In this document: piece after piece, positions 43,254-58,000 of the stretch | Numbering within the stretch: the stretch's first letter is position 1 | Layout of the letters: each line of letters begins with the position of its first letter | Assembly: GCF_037042905.1 (NCBI RefSeq) | Contig: NC_087250.1 | Location: forward strand, 15,192,001-15,256,000 | Source: Lytechinus pictus | Lineage: Eukaryota | Direction of reading: 5' to 3' | Length of the DNA stretch: 64,000 bases | Translations under genes and position numbers: made by a program | The notes under the pieces: generated by a model | What the model was told of the DNA's origin: nothing | Databases searched by the model: none | Seen by the model: the letters and a program-made list of their open reading frames with translations, nothing else

Positions 43254-45879
43254 AACTTGTCAAACTAGCCGATCCACCTGACACTTTCCTTCATATTGAA
43301 GTAGCAAGATTAAAGTGGTCAAAATGTAGATTGGACATCCCAATTTGTACATGTTGTAGTGGACGTCGTATTCTTAATAACTCCAGGTCAGAATGACCGG
43401 GTGACCCAGAAATCAGTCAATTTGTAAGGATTAAAACGGAATCGTCGTTGCATTAAATTTTGAACATCTAAATTTATTCTGGATTACTTTTTAACCGAGA
43501 TGATATGTGGGCCCAACCGGATGAAATCCGGTCCGTCTCTTAAGATTATTTCAAAATTGTTCAAGTAAAAACTCCTTTTCACACCATTCGTTTCAAATAA
43601 GATGATTTGTATTATATCTGCTTTGCAGGGCACATATTCTAGCAATGCCAGACGAAAAACGCGACGGGGTTGTTCACATTCCTGTCATTATTCCAGTGGA
43701 TTTTGTGATGGATATTATATGCAACAAAATTCTAAATAGTTTACGGTCAGTGCTGCGAACAAAATATTTATCCATGACCTGATGATAGTTGGTTATTTAT
43801 ACGTCGCAATAATTTATTGTTTGCAAGTACTGGTCTTATGCCTATATTGTAATCAAATATCGAAGAGTTTAAAAGAACGTGATTGGTGTAAACTCAGGCT
43901 TTTCTGTCTGCTTATTACATGTTTTGATACTAGCTATTTTTTGTTAATTATGGTATGTAGATCAGATGTTAAGATTTATTTTCAGTTACCCTGTATATTA
44001 GAAACTATTAAGGTCTTGGTAGTTTTTGTCGACGAAGGGATATATTAAAACACTAATTGCTTTCAACAAGGCAAACATGCATAAGTATATTTTGCATTTT
44101 CACGAAATAGGTGTGACTGTCTGAATTATTCAAACCTAATGTGAAAGACGTAACAAAAATCACCTTTGATGGAATCAGGAAAGAGTCAAAACTTTGATGT
44201 CATTTGTAATCTACATTTTCATATATTGAACATTACATTCGATTCCATCATAACTCCAGTAAATTTGCATTAAGTTTCAATCATTGAGATTGAGAGTGTA
44301 CTTTAACATCTAACGTAGATACCTGGATCCCGTTTCATAAAATAAGACTTGTTATAATAACAAAAGAAAAATGTCTATAACAAATTCACCATCAGCCAAT
44401 CAGATTGGGGTATTTTAGTAGCTTTTAACAGTTATTGCACATTTGTGATTATCGCATTCTGATGAAACGGGGCCCTGTGTCTCCAGTTTAGCCTATCTTT
44501 AAACGGGTCTATAAAGCGACAGAGAGGGAGACAGACAGACACGGACTGATTTAAAGAGAGAGGGGTATAGGGAAAGGTGGAAGAGTGGAGGGGGAGAGAG
44601 AGAGAATATATATATAATTAGAGAGAAGGGGAGAGGGGGTAAAGAGAGTGAACATAGAGTGGGGTGGTGGAGAGAGATAGAGAGCTAGGAAGATGGAAAT
44701 GGAAGGCGGGAGAGAGCGAGAGAGACGGAGAGAGGAGAGAGAAAGTAAGAATGAGAAGACGAAGGCAGTACTATGGCCCGTGTTATGAAGTCAGGTTTAA
44801 AATTGTGGTTTAAGTATGGATAGACCATTGTGACATAAATCACTACCAGTAGAGATATGATATTTCAACTCATTTGACTCTAAAATCATTCTCAATTGTC
44901 TAGAAAGTATGAATAAGCTGTTTTCACCATCAAAGGATCAGGAATCATCACATGAAACATAATAAACATGCAATTTAATTAAAACCTTGACACCTTTGGC
45001 TTCTCATAATCTTATCACAGAGTTAGCACGGTCTAAGTTAAACCTGACTTCAGAATACGGGCCTATGGGTAGAGACAGAGTACCAGAAAGAGAGGGGAGA
45101 AGGACACATACAATGTGTTCGTGTGTGTGTGTGGGTGGGTGTGTTCGGGTGAGATAGAGAGAGGGTTGGGATGAGCGGGGACATAAATCTGCGTGATTCA
45201 AATCCAATCAATGGTAGACTCTTTTGATATGAGATATTTTTTTCAACCATACAACACAAAAATGCAATCGCTCGGGGACGCCACAAGATCTAGAAATGTT
45301 CGAAAGAATTTAATATCTATAATTCTTTTCGTAATAAAATTTAATAGACTTCTAAATAATAGAATTTTATTCTATAGAATTATTTATATGAAAAGAAGAA
45401 AAATCTAAAAATTTATTTTATAAGGAGTGAATTTCTGAACGAGTGAATTTATAGTAAATGTTTTAATGTTCAATTCGAAGTTTATTTTAATCCATGCGGT
45501 CACTAAAATGTATTTAAATACATTGTTTAAGTCTATATCTATATTTACTCCCTATTCACCCTTTCAAATATATTCACTCCTTAAAAGGTAAGGTTTTCAC
45601 TCATTTTGAGAAAGTACGAAAATACTTAAATACACCATGTAATTATCATAAAGTAAGTGGACCAACTATGTTCAGCAAAATGTATAAAATCAAACCTTTT
45701 CTGATACATGAAAGATTTTCTTCACTGCTAACATCTTGATTGTTTTTTTTAATAAAAACGTCGTAAGCAAATGAAAGATTTGTGTACTGGACCTTAAAGA
45801 ATATAAACACATAGTCATGATAAATAGATATAAAATATGCATAGTAGCTTAGCACTATATATTATTGTCTAAAATAATA

Positions 45880-46121
45880 CACTGCAAAAACTCCGGTGTT
45901 GATTTAACACCAGCCCGGAATCTTTATCTGTCCACACCAGAGAATTGTTAAACAACACCAGCTTGGTTTTGGTCTAACACCAGATATGTGTTTATACAAC
46001 ACCAATTAGTATTAAAACAGCATCGGTTTGATTCCAAACTGGTGTTATTTCAATACTTCTCTGGTGTGGACAGATATAGATTCCGGGCTGGTGTTAAATC
46101 AACACCGGAGTTTTTGCAGTG
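45880..46121. mobile_element. Palindromic MITE, TA target
   Basis: CACTGCAAAAACTCCGGTGTTGATTTAACACCAG...CTGGTGTTAAATCAACACCGGAGTTTTTGCAGTG. Confidence 0.9.
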
Positions 46122-46270
46122 TACAAAATTGATATCTTCATCATGTTTTTGTAGGTCTATAACCAAACCTCTCACTATAATACAAATAAATTTACAATGT
46201 AATGTTTGTCATATAGAAATATAATTGTTACGAAGTTATTTCCTTTCATGATGCAGCCACGCCATCATTA

Positions 46271-46510
46271 CACAGCAAAAACTGTGGTGTTAAACGGTGT
46301 ACATAGAGGATCACACCAGTTATTTTACACCGGTGTTAAATTGACAGTGTTAGTTATACACCATGTAGCTGTTATTACAACACCTTTGCTTGTTACATTT
46401 ACACTCTTTGGTGTTATGTTCAATCTCTAGGGTGTAATTTTAACACCTCAGTTTGCGGTTCTCTATTAACACCAACTGGTGTTAGTTTTAACACCACATG
46501 TTTTACAGTG
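46271..46510. mobile_element. Related palindromic MITE, TA target
   Basis: CACAGCAAAAACTGTGGTGTTAAA...TTTAACACCACATGTTTTACAGTG. Confidence 0.75.
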
Positions 46511-46521
46511 TAGGGAGTTTT

Positions 46522-47130
46522 GCTCCTCGCCGTACGGACGGTTCAAGACCAGAGAAAATGTATTGTCAAATGCCCTTTATATGACAAAGAACAACCAAGA
46601 ACTACTGGTCGATAATTGGTAAATCAAAACAGCAGTTTCGTCCTTGACTGCACTGCAAAAACTCCGGTGTTGATTTAACACCAGCCTGGAATCTATATAT
46701 GTCCACACCAGAGAAGAATTAAACAACACCAGTTTGGTTTTGGTCTAACACCATATAGGTGTTTATACAACACCAATTAGTATTAAAACAGCATCGGTTT
46801 GATTCCAAACTGGTGTTGTTTCATAATGTGGACATATATAGATTCCGGTCTGGTGTTAAATCAACACCGGAGTTTTTGCAGTGTGTAGACAAACCACCTA
46901 ATTGAAATTTTTCGTCAGCTCCGAAAAATAGGACGAAACTGTCATTCCGATTCACCAATCTTCGACAAATTCCTTTTAGCTGTACATTGTCATTTGACGG
47001 GCATTTTCAATATATTTACTGTGTTCAAGAATCCTCCGTAAGTCGTCGAACAAAAACGCCCTATTGTCATTTGATGAGAAATTTTCAATACATTTACTGC
47101 GTTCTTGAACCATACCGTACGTCGAGGAGC
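46522..47130. mobile_element. TIR element hosting a second copy (46651-46883) of the 45880 MITE
   Basis: TIRs gctcctcgccgtacgg / ccgtacgtcgaggagc. Relatives lie at ~5040-5570 and ~59880-60110. Confidence 0.75.
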
Positions 47131-47923
47131 GAAAAAAATCCGTTTCTGTTTGTTCTAACTCCCGAAGAAACTCGGCAGGACAGCTTGTTGCTGGTAAACA
47201 CCAAGCTGGTATGTAACCAATTACCTAGGAAACATTTTACGTCTAGTTTAACCAGTCATAGTGGCTGACCTTACACATGCAGATATTACTCTCGGGCCTT
47301 TTTATCAAAATGGAGACAATGGCAGAGTGGGGATCCGAACTCGCAATCTTGCGATTATGGGTCCAATGCACTAACCACTAGACCACAGGACCCCTAATGA
47401 CGAATAGGATGTCCCACCGTGACCATCGTTTCATGCAGATCTGGCGTCCCATCTGTCGACTTGAGAAACTAATCAAAGCGTTTGCACCCATCGCGCTCAT
47501 TTTACCCAGAATGCCATTTTCTCAATGATAACAGGAAATGTTCGCAATCACTTCGCCGACGCTTTTTAAGACGCATCAAGTCAAATCACAATAGACTGCC
47601 GAGAGGTTTTTGTCGAAAGTTGGATGTCCGGGACAGCAGATCGTCCGGAGACTCGGACCGGACCAAAATTGCAAATAATTATGTCGTTTGTCCGACACTG
47701 CTGTTTTGATTCACCCATTTTCGACAAAGACTGTTTTGTCATTGAAGGGCTTTTGACAAGGGATTCTCTGCGTTATAGAAAGCGTTTGCGTAATAGCTGC
47801 GAAAATGCCGTCATCATTAAAAGGCCGGTGCGGAGGTCTGTTACATCCGGGTTTCTCGGTTTTGTCCTTTCCATTGTTTTTTAAATGACAATAGAAGACA
47901 GCTACGGTAGTGTGTGCGTAAGT

Positions 47924-50900
47924 CTACCCAAAATGCACTTCGCCCCATGATGACGAAACGGAGTGAGTGTCCAGATAACTTCCGTCGCCGACATCCGGGT
48001 TCAGGGGGGCTTTGTTCTTTGCTTTGTATTCGATGATGAAATATACGAGCATTATTATGCAGATGACGAGCATGATGAGTCCGATGATAACGCCCGCTAT
48101 CGACCAGTTCTTTGTAGATTTAGAGGCTTCGAGTGAGCCCTCGAAGTCGCCTGCTTTATATTTGTCTTTAACCTGTAGATTACGGTAGAAAAAACAAAAC
48201 AAAACAAATTTTTGAAATCGTTTGTCATGATATAATCAAATTCACACGCGATGTGAACATGGAATCCCCCCTCTCTCTCTATCTCTTACCCGTTTAATTT
48301 CCACTGCATGCCTAGTAGTACTTGTTTCATGTAGGCCTACTAAGTTTCACCCCCCCCCAAAAAAAAAAAAAAAAAAAAAAAGATTTTCATAAATTAACGA
48401 GCTGCAATCATTCATTATTTCTGCTCGTCTCAGTTTCAAGAAATGTTGGTAAAGAATGGCGAAATTTGATGGCGAAGGTGATGAGGCCTATATTGGTACA
48501 AAAGTTTTATTTGTCAGACACAATTTTCATCAACACATTGGTTAATTTGATAATTTTTTATAAAGTCATAAAGACTCAAGCTGTAAAAAAATGATTGATT
48601 GATTGACTGATTACGCTATTAAAGTGCTTAATAATCGTGCGTATCATTCTTTTTTTAAAGTGTTAAAAAGTACCAAACGTGTATACCCCATTAAGGGGTA
48701 ATGTGATACTATAACTTCATCATTTAAGTTGGAAGATTAAATCATAATTCTATCTGGGGTGCGTTACACGAAGTACCTTGTCAGTGATTTCTACTGACAA
48801 ATTCAATCTCAGCCAATCAGGTGCTAGGATTTCAGTAGCTTATAACAGTTGCTAGGGTAAACATACCTGAATTGATTTGATGAGAGCGACGATGCCGATA
48901 GGTAGGCAGCAGAAGATAGTGACGAAGAGAGCGAAGAAGAGATGATCGCTTGGCATCGCCTGTGTATTTCGTAGCATCTCGACCGATGAGGGCGACTGTC
49001 AAAAATAATCAGAAATCACAAGAGATGAGGGGAGAGGGTGAATGGAGGTGGGATGAGTGTGTAGGGATATTTTTAGGCTAATATCCTTCCTCTAATTAAC
49101 CTTTGAAATAATATTTTATCCGTTTTTTATAATGATGTGCAAAAAAGATTATTTCTATTCTGTTCAGGGGAAAAAGTCATCCTTCAAAAAGTCTAATTAA
49201 TTTGTCGTTTGATATGGGTTTTTCAATCTGCCTTCACATTCTTATGGAAAAGAAATTTGGCAGTTAACTTTATTTGTAATAATGCTGAAAATTTGTAATC
49301 TCATTGATATGGGTATATTTCTTTGTTTCATATACATCTCGATTTATGTGAATTGTGATTGTAAACTGATTGATTTGAAAGAGGAAGAAATGAAATATTA
49401 TTTAAAACAAAAAATATATAATTATTCATGCATTATTCATGGATGTCTCGTCACCTACAGTTGTGCCGAAAGCCTAGTGAACCCCACCACAAAATGCCCC
49501 CTTCATGCGGAGTGTTGAATGTAGACAACAACAGTAACATGTTTAGAGAGCCCATAAAACAATTTCTTGAATGTAATATCTTTCACCTGACTTCACAATT
49601 ACATGTACTCTATGATTATATCATGGCAGAAGTTGAACACTTGTAATGTGTTCATATTTGGGGGATTCATTAACTTTTGAGCACGACTGAATGTTTTGTA
49701 AACGATATTTTAAATATCACATATTACTTATCTGAATTTTTCATTGAATCACTCTTATTTTTTACGACACTGAGTTGAAGAATGGCTCTTAAAGAAATGC
49801 ACAGCAATACACAAATAAATAATAGAGTGAGGGATAAAATAAAAATTGACACACCAAATTTGAAAATTTGTTTAAAAGAGTAACTCTATATTATATGAAA
49901 ATGACTTAAAGGGATTCTGACTACCAAGTTTCATTTTATTTAGAGACGTAACGTAAGTCCTGTTTGAATGTTATAACTGAGCAAATATTGTCTTTTACAT
50001 TCAGTTTTCTTATTGTTACTCTGAGAAGTATCTTAAAAAACCCTTTATGCATCTGTTATTCTTCCCAGTTTTTTCAAAAGGTATTAAGCTTTTTGGTGTT
50101 TATTATCATTCTTACGAATATGATTGACAGGATAATCATTAAACAAATAGAATAATAATGATATATAAACTTACCTTTGATCTCCCTATAACAAAAAAAG
50201 TGAAACAAAGAAAGATTATTTTTAGCAACAACAAAAAAGAAAGCATACATGTATGTATAATTATAGCTGACATAGATTATATTATAGTACTATTAACAGC
50301 TTAAACAAGTGTATAAAATATTAAACAACGAAGTCTCAATTTTAATACTTAATTCTTAATAAACCATTGATAAACTAAGCATGGTTGTTTCAATGTGTTC
50401 ATGAAATGTCAAACCGCGTTTTTATTGCGTATACTTCTTTAATAATGTAGTAGTACTAATATCTATTAGGGCCCAAGTGATATATTTAAATATACTTATA
50501 TGGGTGCAGATAACCCCCCTCCCGGATCCCCTTTATCACCAGAGTAAAGAGCTGTTTAATATTTGATAAAACACTTTTTACTATATGAACCTTACAGTAG
50601 TTGTTTAAACAGTTTAAACAACCACGCTTAATCAATTGAGAGCTTAGTATAACAGATTAGACATGTTGTTTAAGATTTTATACACGTGTTTAAGTTGATT
50701 AAACAACTACTAAAAGGTTCATATAGTAAAAAAGCATCATATAAATTTTAAACATCGTTTGTACTGTGTAGTGACTAGTGGTGGAAGTAAGGCCCAAACT
50801 TATGATCATTTATGTGTATGATAGGACCTACAGAGCATCTATTCATGACATGCTAACGGATCTTTGCGGTATTCCAGTGATGTATTCCACCACGGCGAAC

Positions 50901-53900
50901 CCGTCGGGTGCGTGTCAGCTTCATAGGTCATATGCCTCTATCATCTGGCTAACGTATACATGGGGAAATACCGCTCATTCCAATCAGTTGTATACACGGT
51001 AAAATCGCGGTTTAAAGATTTATGCAACACTGTTTGATATATGAAGTGTACAGCAGTTGTTTAACAGTTTACACAACAATTGAAAATTTATGGGAGATTG
51101 AATGTTGAAAATTTAACTTCGTTTTAATTAAGATTTTAGGCAATTATTGTTTGCATTGTTTGTTTGTTTTTTATCCAAAGGAACCCCTTCGGGAGCGTAT
51201 CGTCTTTATAGGTCATATGCCTCTATCAGTCTATTATCTGGCTAACGTATACATGGGGAAATACCGCTCATTCTATAACCAGTTGTATAAATCGTGGTTT
51301 AAAGATTTATACAACGCTGTATGAAGTGTACAGTAGTAGTTTAACAGTTTCCATAACAATTTAAAATCTATGGGAGATTGAATGTTGAAAATTCAACTTT
51401 GTTTTAATTAAGATTTTAGGCAATTATTGTTTGCATTGTGTGTTTTTTAAATCTACTGCACAGTTCATACCATAGTGAAAAACTTTGTATGAAAACCGCG
51501 TTTTATACTTCGTACATACCGTCTCTTAGCCTATGTTACCACTGAATTACTCTATATTTTATAAATTGTCTTCGACAAGATATTTGATGTATTTATTAGC
51601 CAAAGTCACTTTAGGTCACCACGGTTTCCGTTTATCATACATTCTAAGTTATATGTACAGTATTACGATTGACACTGGCCTGGGTAACCTTTGATTATGT
51701 ATTGTCACTTTGATTGTATTTTACTGTATTTTGAAAATGAAAAATGATTAAAATTCTTAATCTCAGAGTGCATACTTTGAATTTTATACCAAATCAAATC
51801 TATATAAATATAAATGTTGTCAACTGGATTGAATACCCCAATTTTAAAAAAGAAGATATTGCATTTTTGTATTTTTAGAGGGATTCAGTTTGCGATCAAG
51901 AATTCCCTATCAAATCATACCCTTTAACAATACCCCTTCCCGGCCGCGAAATTATTTTTCCCACAAGAGTTCCGGACCCCAATATGATTATTTATGACTT
52001 GCGTCTTAAGAAGAAGCGGACGCAAAGAAAAGATAATAATTTCGCTCCCCGGCAGTTGAAGTTACAGGCATTGTCATGTAACGGTTAAAGATAAATACTG
52101 TCCCACATTATGCTTTTCTGTGTTAGTGATCCTCAGAATTATCGGTTTAGAGCTTAGATTTCATGATTTTACAAAGATAAGTTTACATTAATGTAAATCT
52201 AGATGTATGATAATATTTTGACAATTAACCTTGATTTAAAAGACTTTCTCATCAAATGATTGTTCGCTGCACCTACTGTATTTTACCTTTAAGTATTGAA
52301 AATATAAACTTTTACCAATTGCAACTCTATTCCGCTCGAGTCGCAAAAGGTTAGATTGCATGACCAACGTTGTTTGCTATTAGGTTTATATACTGAAATA
52401 TAACTCTAGATGATATAGCCATGCTGCGGGCCGATTCAGTGATATCAAAACCCGGTAATATCGATATTCGGTGATATCGATCTACGGTAGATAATGACAT
52501 ACTATATCATATCATGCTGCGAGGTGTAAACGATATTTTCTAACTTCCTCTGCATGGTGCTATGTCCAAACAGTTCTGTTTATATCTCTTTCATTTCTCT
52601 TCATTTCCGTTAACTATGAGAGGACGGTGGGATAAGATCAACACTAGTGTATGGGGCAAGGGACGGATACACAACCAAATTACGCCCCCCCCCCCCCAAA
52701 AAAAAAAAAAAAAAAAAAAAAAAACCACACAAACAAACAAAGAGAGAGAGAGAGAGAAAGATATTTGCATTTGAAAACATACACGCTTTTATTTAAAAGC
52801 TTGATGAAACAAAGTGTGTAAGTAGTAAAACATTCTGAATGGCTTGCTTTTAAACGAATGGATTTTAAAGACAATCCTATTTTAACGAACTCATGATTTT
52901 TATTGCAATTTTTATTCATTGTTTAATCATTATACTACCTGGTTACCTAGCAATGTGTTCACAGTTTGTTCAATGTGTGGATCTGGATCTGTTTGAATCT
53001 GGATATGCGAATCGCACGGTTGAAATGCTCAAATTCAACAGTGTTAAGATAATTTCACTCTGTGGAAACGTCTACGTTATAAGTGTTCAGAGAATATTTA
53101 CAAAATGCACAATATGAAAATGTAATTAACGCTGTTAAAATGCTCAGTGTGAAATAGATTTCATAAAATACACTGTCTAGAGGAAACTGTGCTACTGTAT
53201 TACAGGAGGGTATACTTCATTGTAGTGTAAACGCAACCCTTTTAAATGAGAAAACCACTCCTTTACCCATGAATGAAGACGAATTATTAATTCACATTGA
53301 TTACTACAGGATATCAATCTAAATCCGCCGTCTAAGAGGGTCGCAGTCAGAGATAATTTCTATTCCAACCTGACAGTATCAGGTGGAGTTGCCTATCTTA
53401 TTGGCCTAGCCACGCTGATCAAAGAAGGATATTACTTTACTGCATTAATTTGTAGTTTGTTAAATATTTCGTCAAAATAACTGGTTTTGTTTTGTTTCGG
53501 ATTATTACCATTTTGCTGTTAGTTCTCAAAAACGGGTAGGACGGAAAATGCCCCCCCCCCCCCCCGTTGTGATATCCTTTTTTTTAAATAAGAACCGAGC
53601 AGTCACACCTAGTTTTAAGTACGAAAACCGATTATATTTCTTTAGGAATATAAATAGTATTATTAAAATTATCATGATATAAGGCCTACCGATATTGGTT
53701 GTGGTTACTTTTGATAATGATAATAATAACAACAGCAATAATGATAATAATAAATAAATAAATAAATAATTTATAACAAGAACAATAATAATGATAATGA
53801 TAATGATTATACTGAAAATGATTTTAAAAAACGCATGTGACTTATAAAGCGCCAAAATCCTCTGTGAAATGTGCTCAAGGCGGATGAAGACATTAAAAAA

Positions 53901-53963
53901 GGAATCGAAAGGTTTTAATAACATTTGAAGTGAAAACAAAGTTTACGTACCTGAATCACCCAT
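47924..53963 (-). CDS. CD225/dispanin family membrane protein (IFITM/PRRT1-like), ~133 aa
   Basis: Exons 53963-53951 (MGDS; in-frame stops upstream), micro-exon 50185-50175, 48995-48867 (PSDHLFFALFVTIFCCLPIGIVALIKSIQ) and 48172-47924 (VKDKYKAGDFEGSLEASKSTKNW, then a TM helix). The FCC.P.GIVA...S..V...GD..G...AS pattern is the CD225 signature. The two 3' exons are the best supported. Confidence 0.85.
50898..51445. repeat. ~285-bp direct tandem duplication
   Basis: ataggtcatatgcctctatca...ggggaaataccgctcattc...ttttaggcaattattgtttgcattgt occurs twice. Confidence 0.9.
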
Positions 53964-54939
53964 GTTGAAGAATGATCAGAATCTCTTTCCTTCGTAGAAT
54001 GACCTGTTTTCCCTGTTGATGGGGAAGCCGAATATTTACCTGCAAAAAGTATAACATGAACAGAATAGTAATAGAATCGAGTAAGCCTCGTGAAATTGGG
54101 AATGGAACGTCGAAGAAAAGCTACGATGATGGATTCAATATCAATTTAAAACTGAAATGAGAGTGTTCACTTCGTCATACGTCCCTCATTCTCCGATTTA
54201 CTTCTGCAAAATCCATTTTCTCTAACTAGTAATAAACAGCCCGCTGATTGTGATTTTCAAAATCCATTTAAAGCACAGTTCATCGACCGGAACACACTCA
54301 CATTGGATGCGTTATTGTCGAACACTGTGGTTTAGTATGTTGGTATGCTGTTTAAGATTTTATACAACGCTGTTTACTATAATGAACCTTACAGTATTTG
54401 TTTAACCGTTTAAACAATCATGTTTAATTTATAGAAGATTAGATATTGAAAATTAAACTTTGTTGCTTAAGAAGTAAACACTTGTTTAAACTGCTTAAAC
54501 AATTACTGTAAGGTTCATATAGTAAACAGCGTTGTATAATTTGTTTTTACTGTGTAGTTCCGCGCAAACCCTTAATGATGATAATGATGATGATGATGAT
54601 GATGATGATCAAACACATCTGTCAGTGAAAGTCATTCTTTGTTTCATGAAACACTTTGCCGTAATCTCTGTTAACCTGAAAAGAAGGCAGTGTGTTCACA
54701 GTGTGGAATACACTGTGAAATCACCTTCACACTGTTTACATTTAGAATTTCAGCAGTGTGAATCACATATTCACATAGTCGACCGTGTGAACACGCTGTG
54801 AACAGTCACACTGTCTGGGTGTCCACAGTGTGCAAATATCTTCACATTGCTGAACTTTAAGCATTTTAACAGTGTGAATAATATTTTCACACAGTCCACT
54901 ATGTGAACACACTTTGTGACACTGTGTTCTTTCCAGCAG

Positions 54940-55005
54940 AAATTTCTCTAATCCTAATCAAAATTTCTCTAATCCTAATCAAAATTTCTCTAATCCTAAT
55001 CAAAC
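54940..55005. repeat. 21-bp tandem repeat x3
   Basis: aaatttctctaatcctaatca repeated. Confidence 0.9.
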
Positions 55006-58000
55006 GATGATATACATCCTTCAAATATAATATCATCGGCAACAAAATTCATATTCAAATAAAGAGCCGTTTTAAAGTAAACCATAAAACAAACAACAAC
55101 AGAATGCACTACTACTTCTACTACTACTGCTGCTGCTACTACTACTACCACTACTCCAACAACTAGAAAACATCATGAATATGTCAACGATACATATCTA
55201 ACAGTCGTGTGCCCATAATCCAACATTTTGTCCCAGTTAACCCTCCCTAATTCCAATCAAACAATGATAATGTACATCGTTAAAATACAACAATCAATGA
55301 TTTATCATCGGCAAACAAATTCAAAGATGTAACATGCAAGTGAAATATGTATGCAGTCCTAAAAAATACGATAAATGCATCATGGATTGTTAGTAGCTCC
55401 ATGAATGCATCAACGATATGTCACAGACACATGACCCATACTCCAACACTTGATCTCAACTAACCGTTCCATAATTATACAGTATGGACCGATGATGGTG
55501 ATTACTCGCCCTTCGAATGCAAAAGGCAACTTTTACCTCCAGCAACAAAACTCAAGTTCAAAGATAGACCATGTAAGTTAAAAAAAGTGAATGCAGTCAC
55601 AAGAACTAAAAAAAATATCATAAATGCACCAACGATATGTCTGAAATCCAAATCTATTTGTCAGTTAACATTCCTATTCCGCCAATCAAAATGATGATGA
55701 TGATATACGTCCTTCAGGTTCAACAATCAACCTTTGTCAAAGAGAGTAAAAATTTGTATTAAAAACAAGAACTTTTCCCACCTCTCTCAAAATCTGAAAT
55801 AACTAGGTTATTCCTAATATTCCTTTATATCCGAATGATCCAATCAAAGGCGATGTATTTTGCCAAACCACTAGAATGATTATTATAGTCAAAACTATAT
55901 CAACAAGATCCACATGGTAGGCTTGTGTGTTAGCTGGCGGAGGATATAATCGACTATCTACCTGATGATGCGGACGATAGTAACTGCCAATGCCCCCAGA
56001 CCGGTTCAAACGAGGAGTCACATCAGGGGGCGGATCCAGGATTATCAGAAGGGGCGCGGATTCTTTTTTGAGGGGGTGTTGACAAGCAACAAACAAGAAT
56101 AATCCTTTAAGAGTAAAAAGTTATCAATTCAAGATCAGTGATACTTTCAATTCCAATAATGATTATGATATCAAGTTATTATCATTGTTATCATAAATAT
56201 TATTGTTATCATTTTTATTAAGTGGTTTCAATTCGGGACCTGTTTTGATGGTGTGGGCAGTGACACAACACAAATGTGAATATAATTACATATTTTTTGT
56301 GAATATAATTACATATGTATGTTAGTCTGTTTAATATGTAAAAATCTTTGTCATGGAATCTGTGCCTCAAATAATCATGCAAATTATCTAAATTATGCAA
56401 TAGACCATGATGATTTAAAAAATAAGTTAGTATATTTGCTATCTACAACATGTGTATGCATAATCTTGCGTATGAACATTTTTTCTTTATATTGTATGAT
56501 TATGTTGGAATTCCTTTTTCAAATAAAGAACCCTGCGGAGGGGGGGGGGAGGGGGTATGTTTATTTTTTGTAATTGGTGTTACCCTGTTCACCCGCGTAC
56601 CTGTACTGTACATCACTAGCGCCCCCCCTCTCTCTCTGTCTCTCCTATGCCCCGGATGCATGCATGCCTGTGTCATGTTGGGAGATCATCCATCTACCAA
56701 ATAAGTAACATCGACTAACGGGGCTGGCCCGCTTGGAATGCTATTACTACTACATGGTGTGCTAAGAAAAAAACCCTTTGGGTATGGAGAAATTGTTCCT
56801 CGGTCTTCATCGAGCTTGTCTACTTTCCGTTCGGTATCATCACCAGGGGCGGCGCTATGAGTATTTTGGTAGGGGAAGGGGGTGGTCAAGACGACTTTTT
56901 ATCAATAATAATTTCTTACCATCATTATTATCATTATCATAAATAATAGTGAAAAGTGTAGTTATTATGACCATAGGTGCATCATCATCATTGTAATTAC
57001 TTATAATTAATATCATCATCTTTTGATTAGTATCATCATCATCATTATTCGTTGAAGATGGTGAAATTCCTCCCAACTTCCGCCTTTTTAAACCTTGTAA
57101 AATTATAAGAAGGGTCGCCTTCTGTCTCATATATATTCCGTAGATAGTCCATGCGTTTGATCAATATTAAAAACCAAGAAGAAAATGTCATGCTTATTCT
57201 AACATCATTATTTGATTTGATGTCTACAAATTTTCAACGATTTATCGTCTGTAACAAGTGAATTACAAAAGTGTTTCGTGTCCATGTACAACTAGCCTAT
57301 GTTACTTTGCCAAGACGACGCATTAGGCTAAAAAAAATTATCATAATAGATAAATAATAACCAAACGGCATATAGACGTCACAATGCATAATGTGTTTGA
57401 AAAAAAGAGAAGCCTGTATATGTGGGGTGTTAAGATTTAAATATTTAAAATCCTGATTTAAATGAAATATATCAGAATTTCTTGTAAAGATAACAACATA
57501 ATCAGACGACTGACAGTGGCACAAACACGTAATATAAACTTAAATGTATTCATTGAGAATCTCACATACTTACAAAATGCCGCATCTCAATAACCCCAAT
57601 ATCTAAATCCTAGGGTAGCCAATGAAAGAAAATAGCGTAATAAACTAGGTTTGTGCAAATGGAGAGCCCATCATACAATTCCATGTAATGTGATTATTGT
57701 AATGGACTCCTAAATAAATCTTCATGGACTTATCTGTGTCGTATCAGATTGATCAATCTGAAAGGATGTATGTATATGCTGCGTAAGGTATGGTAGGATA
57801 TGGTTACGAAATTGAGGCATGTATTTTAGTGCACACTTTTGCTGATCAGATTTAGAATAACAATGGTGAATGGAGATAGACTAGATAATAAATTGTTATG
57901 AATGATAGAGTTATACCAGGAACATTCTTTGTTTTATTTCTTCTTCTTCTTCTTCCTCTTCTTCTTCTTTCATCTTCTTCTTCTTTTTCTTCTCCTTCTT

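Noticed and set aside
56686..56889. GC-richer segment as a possible coding exon
   Set aside because: There is no recognisable domain or clear donor, and the dispanin start exon has in-frame stops upstream of its ATG.
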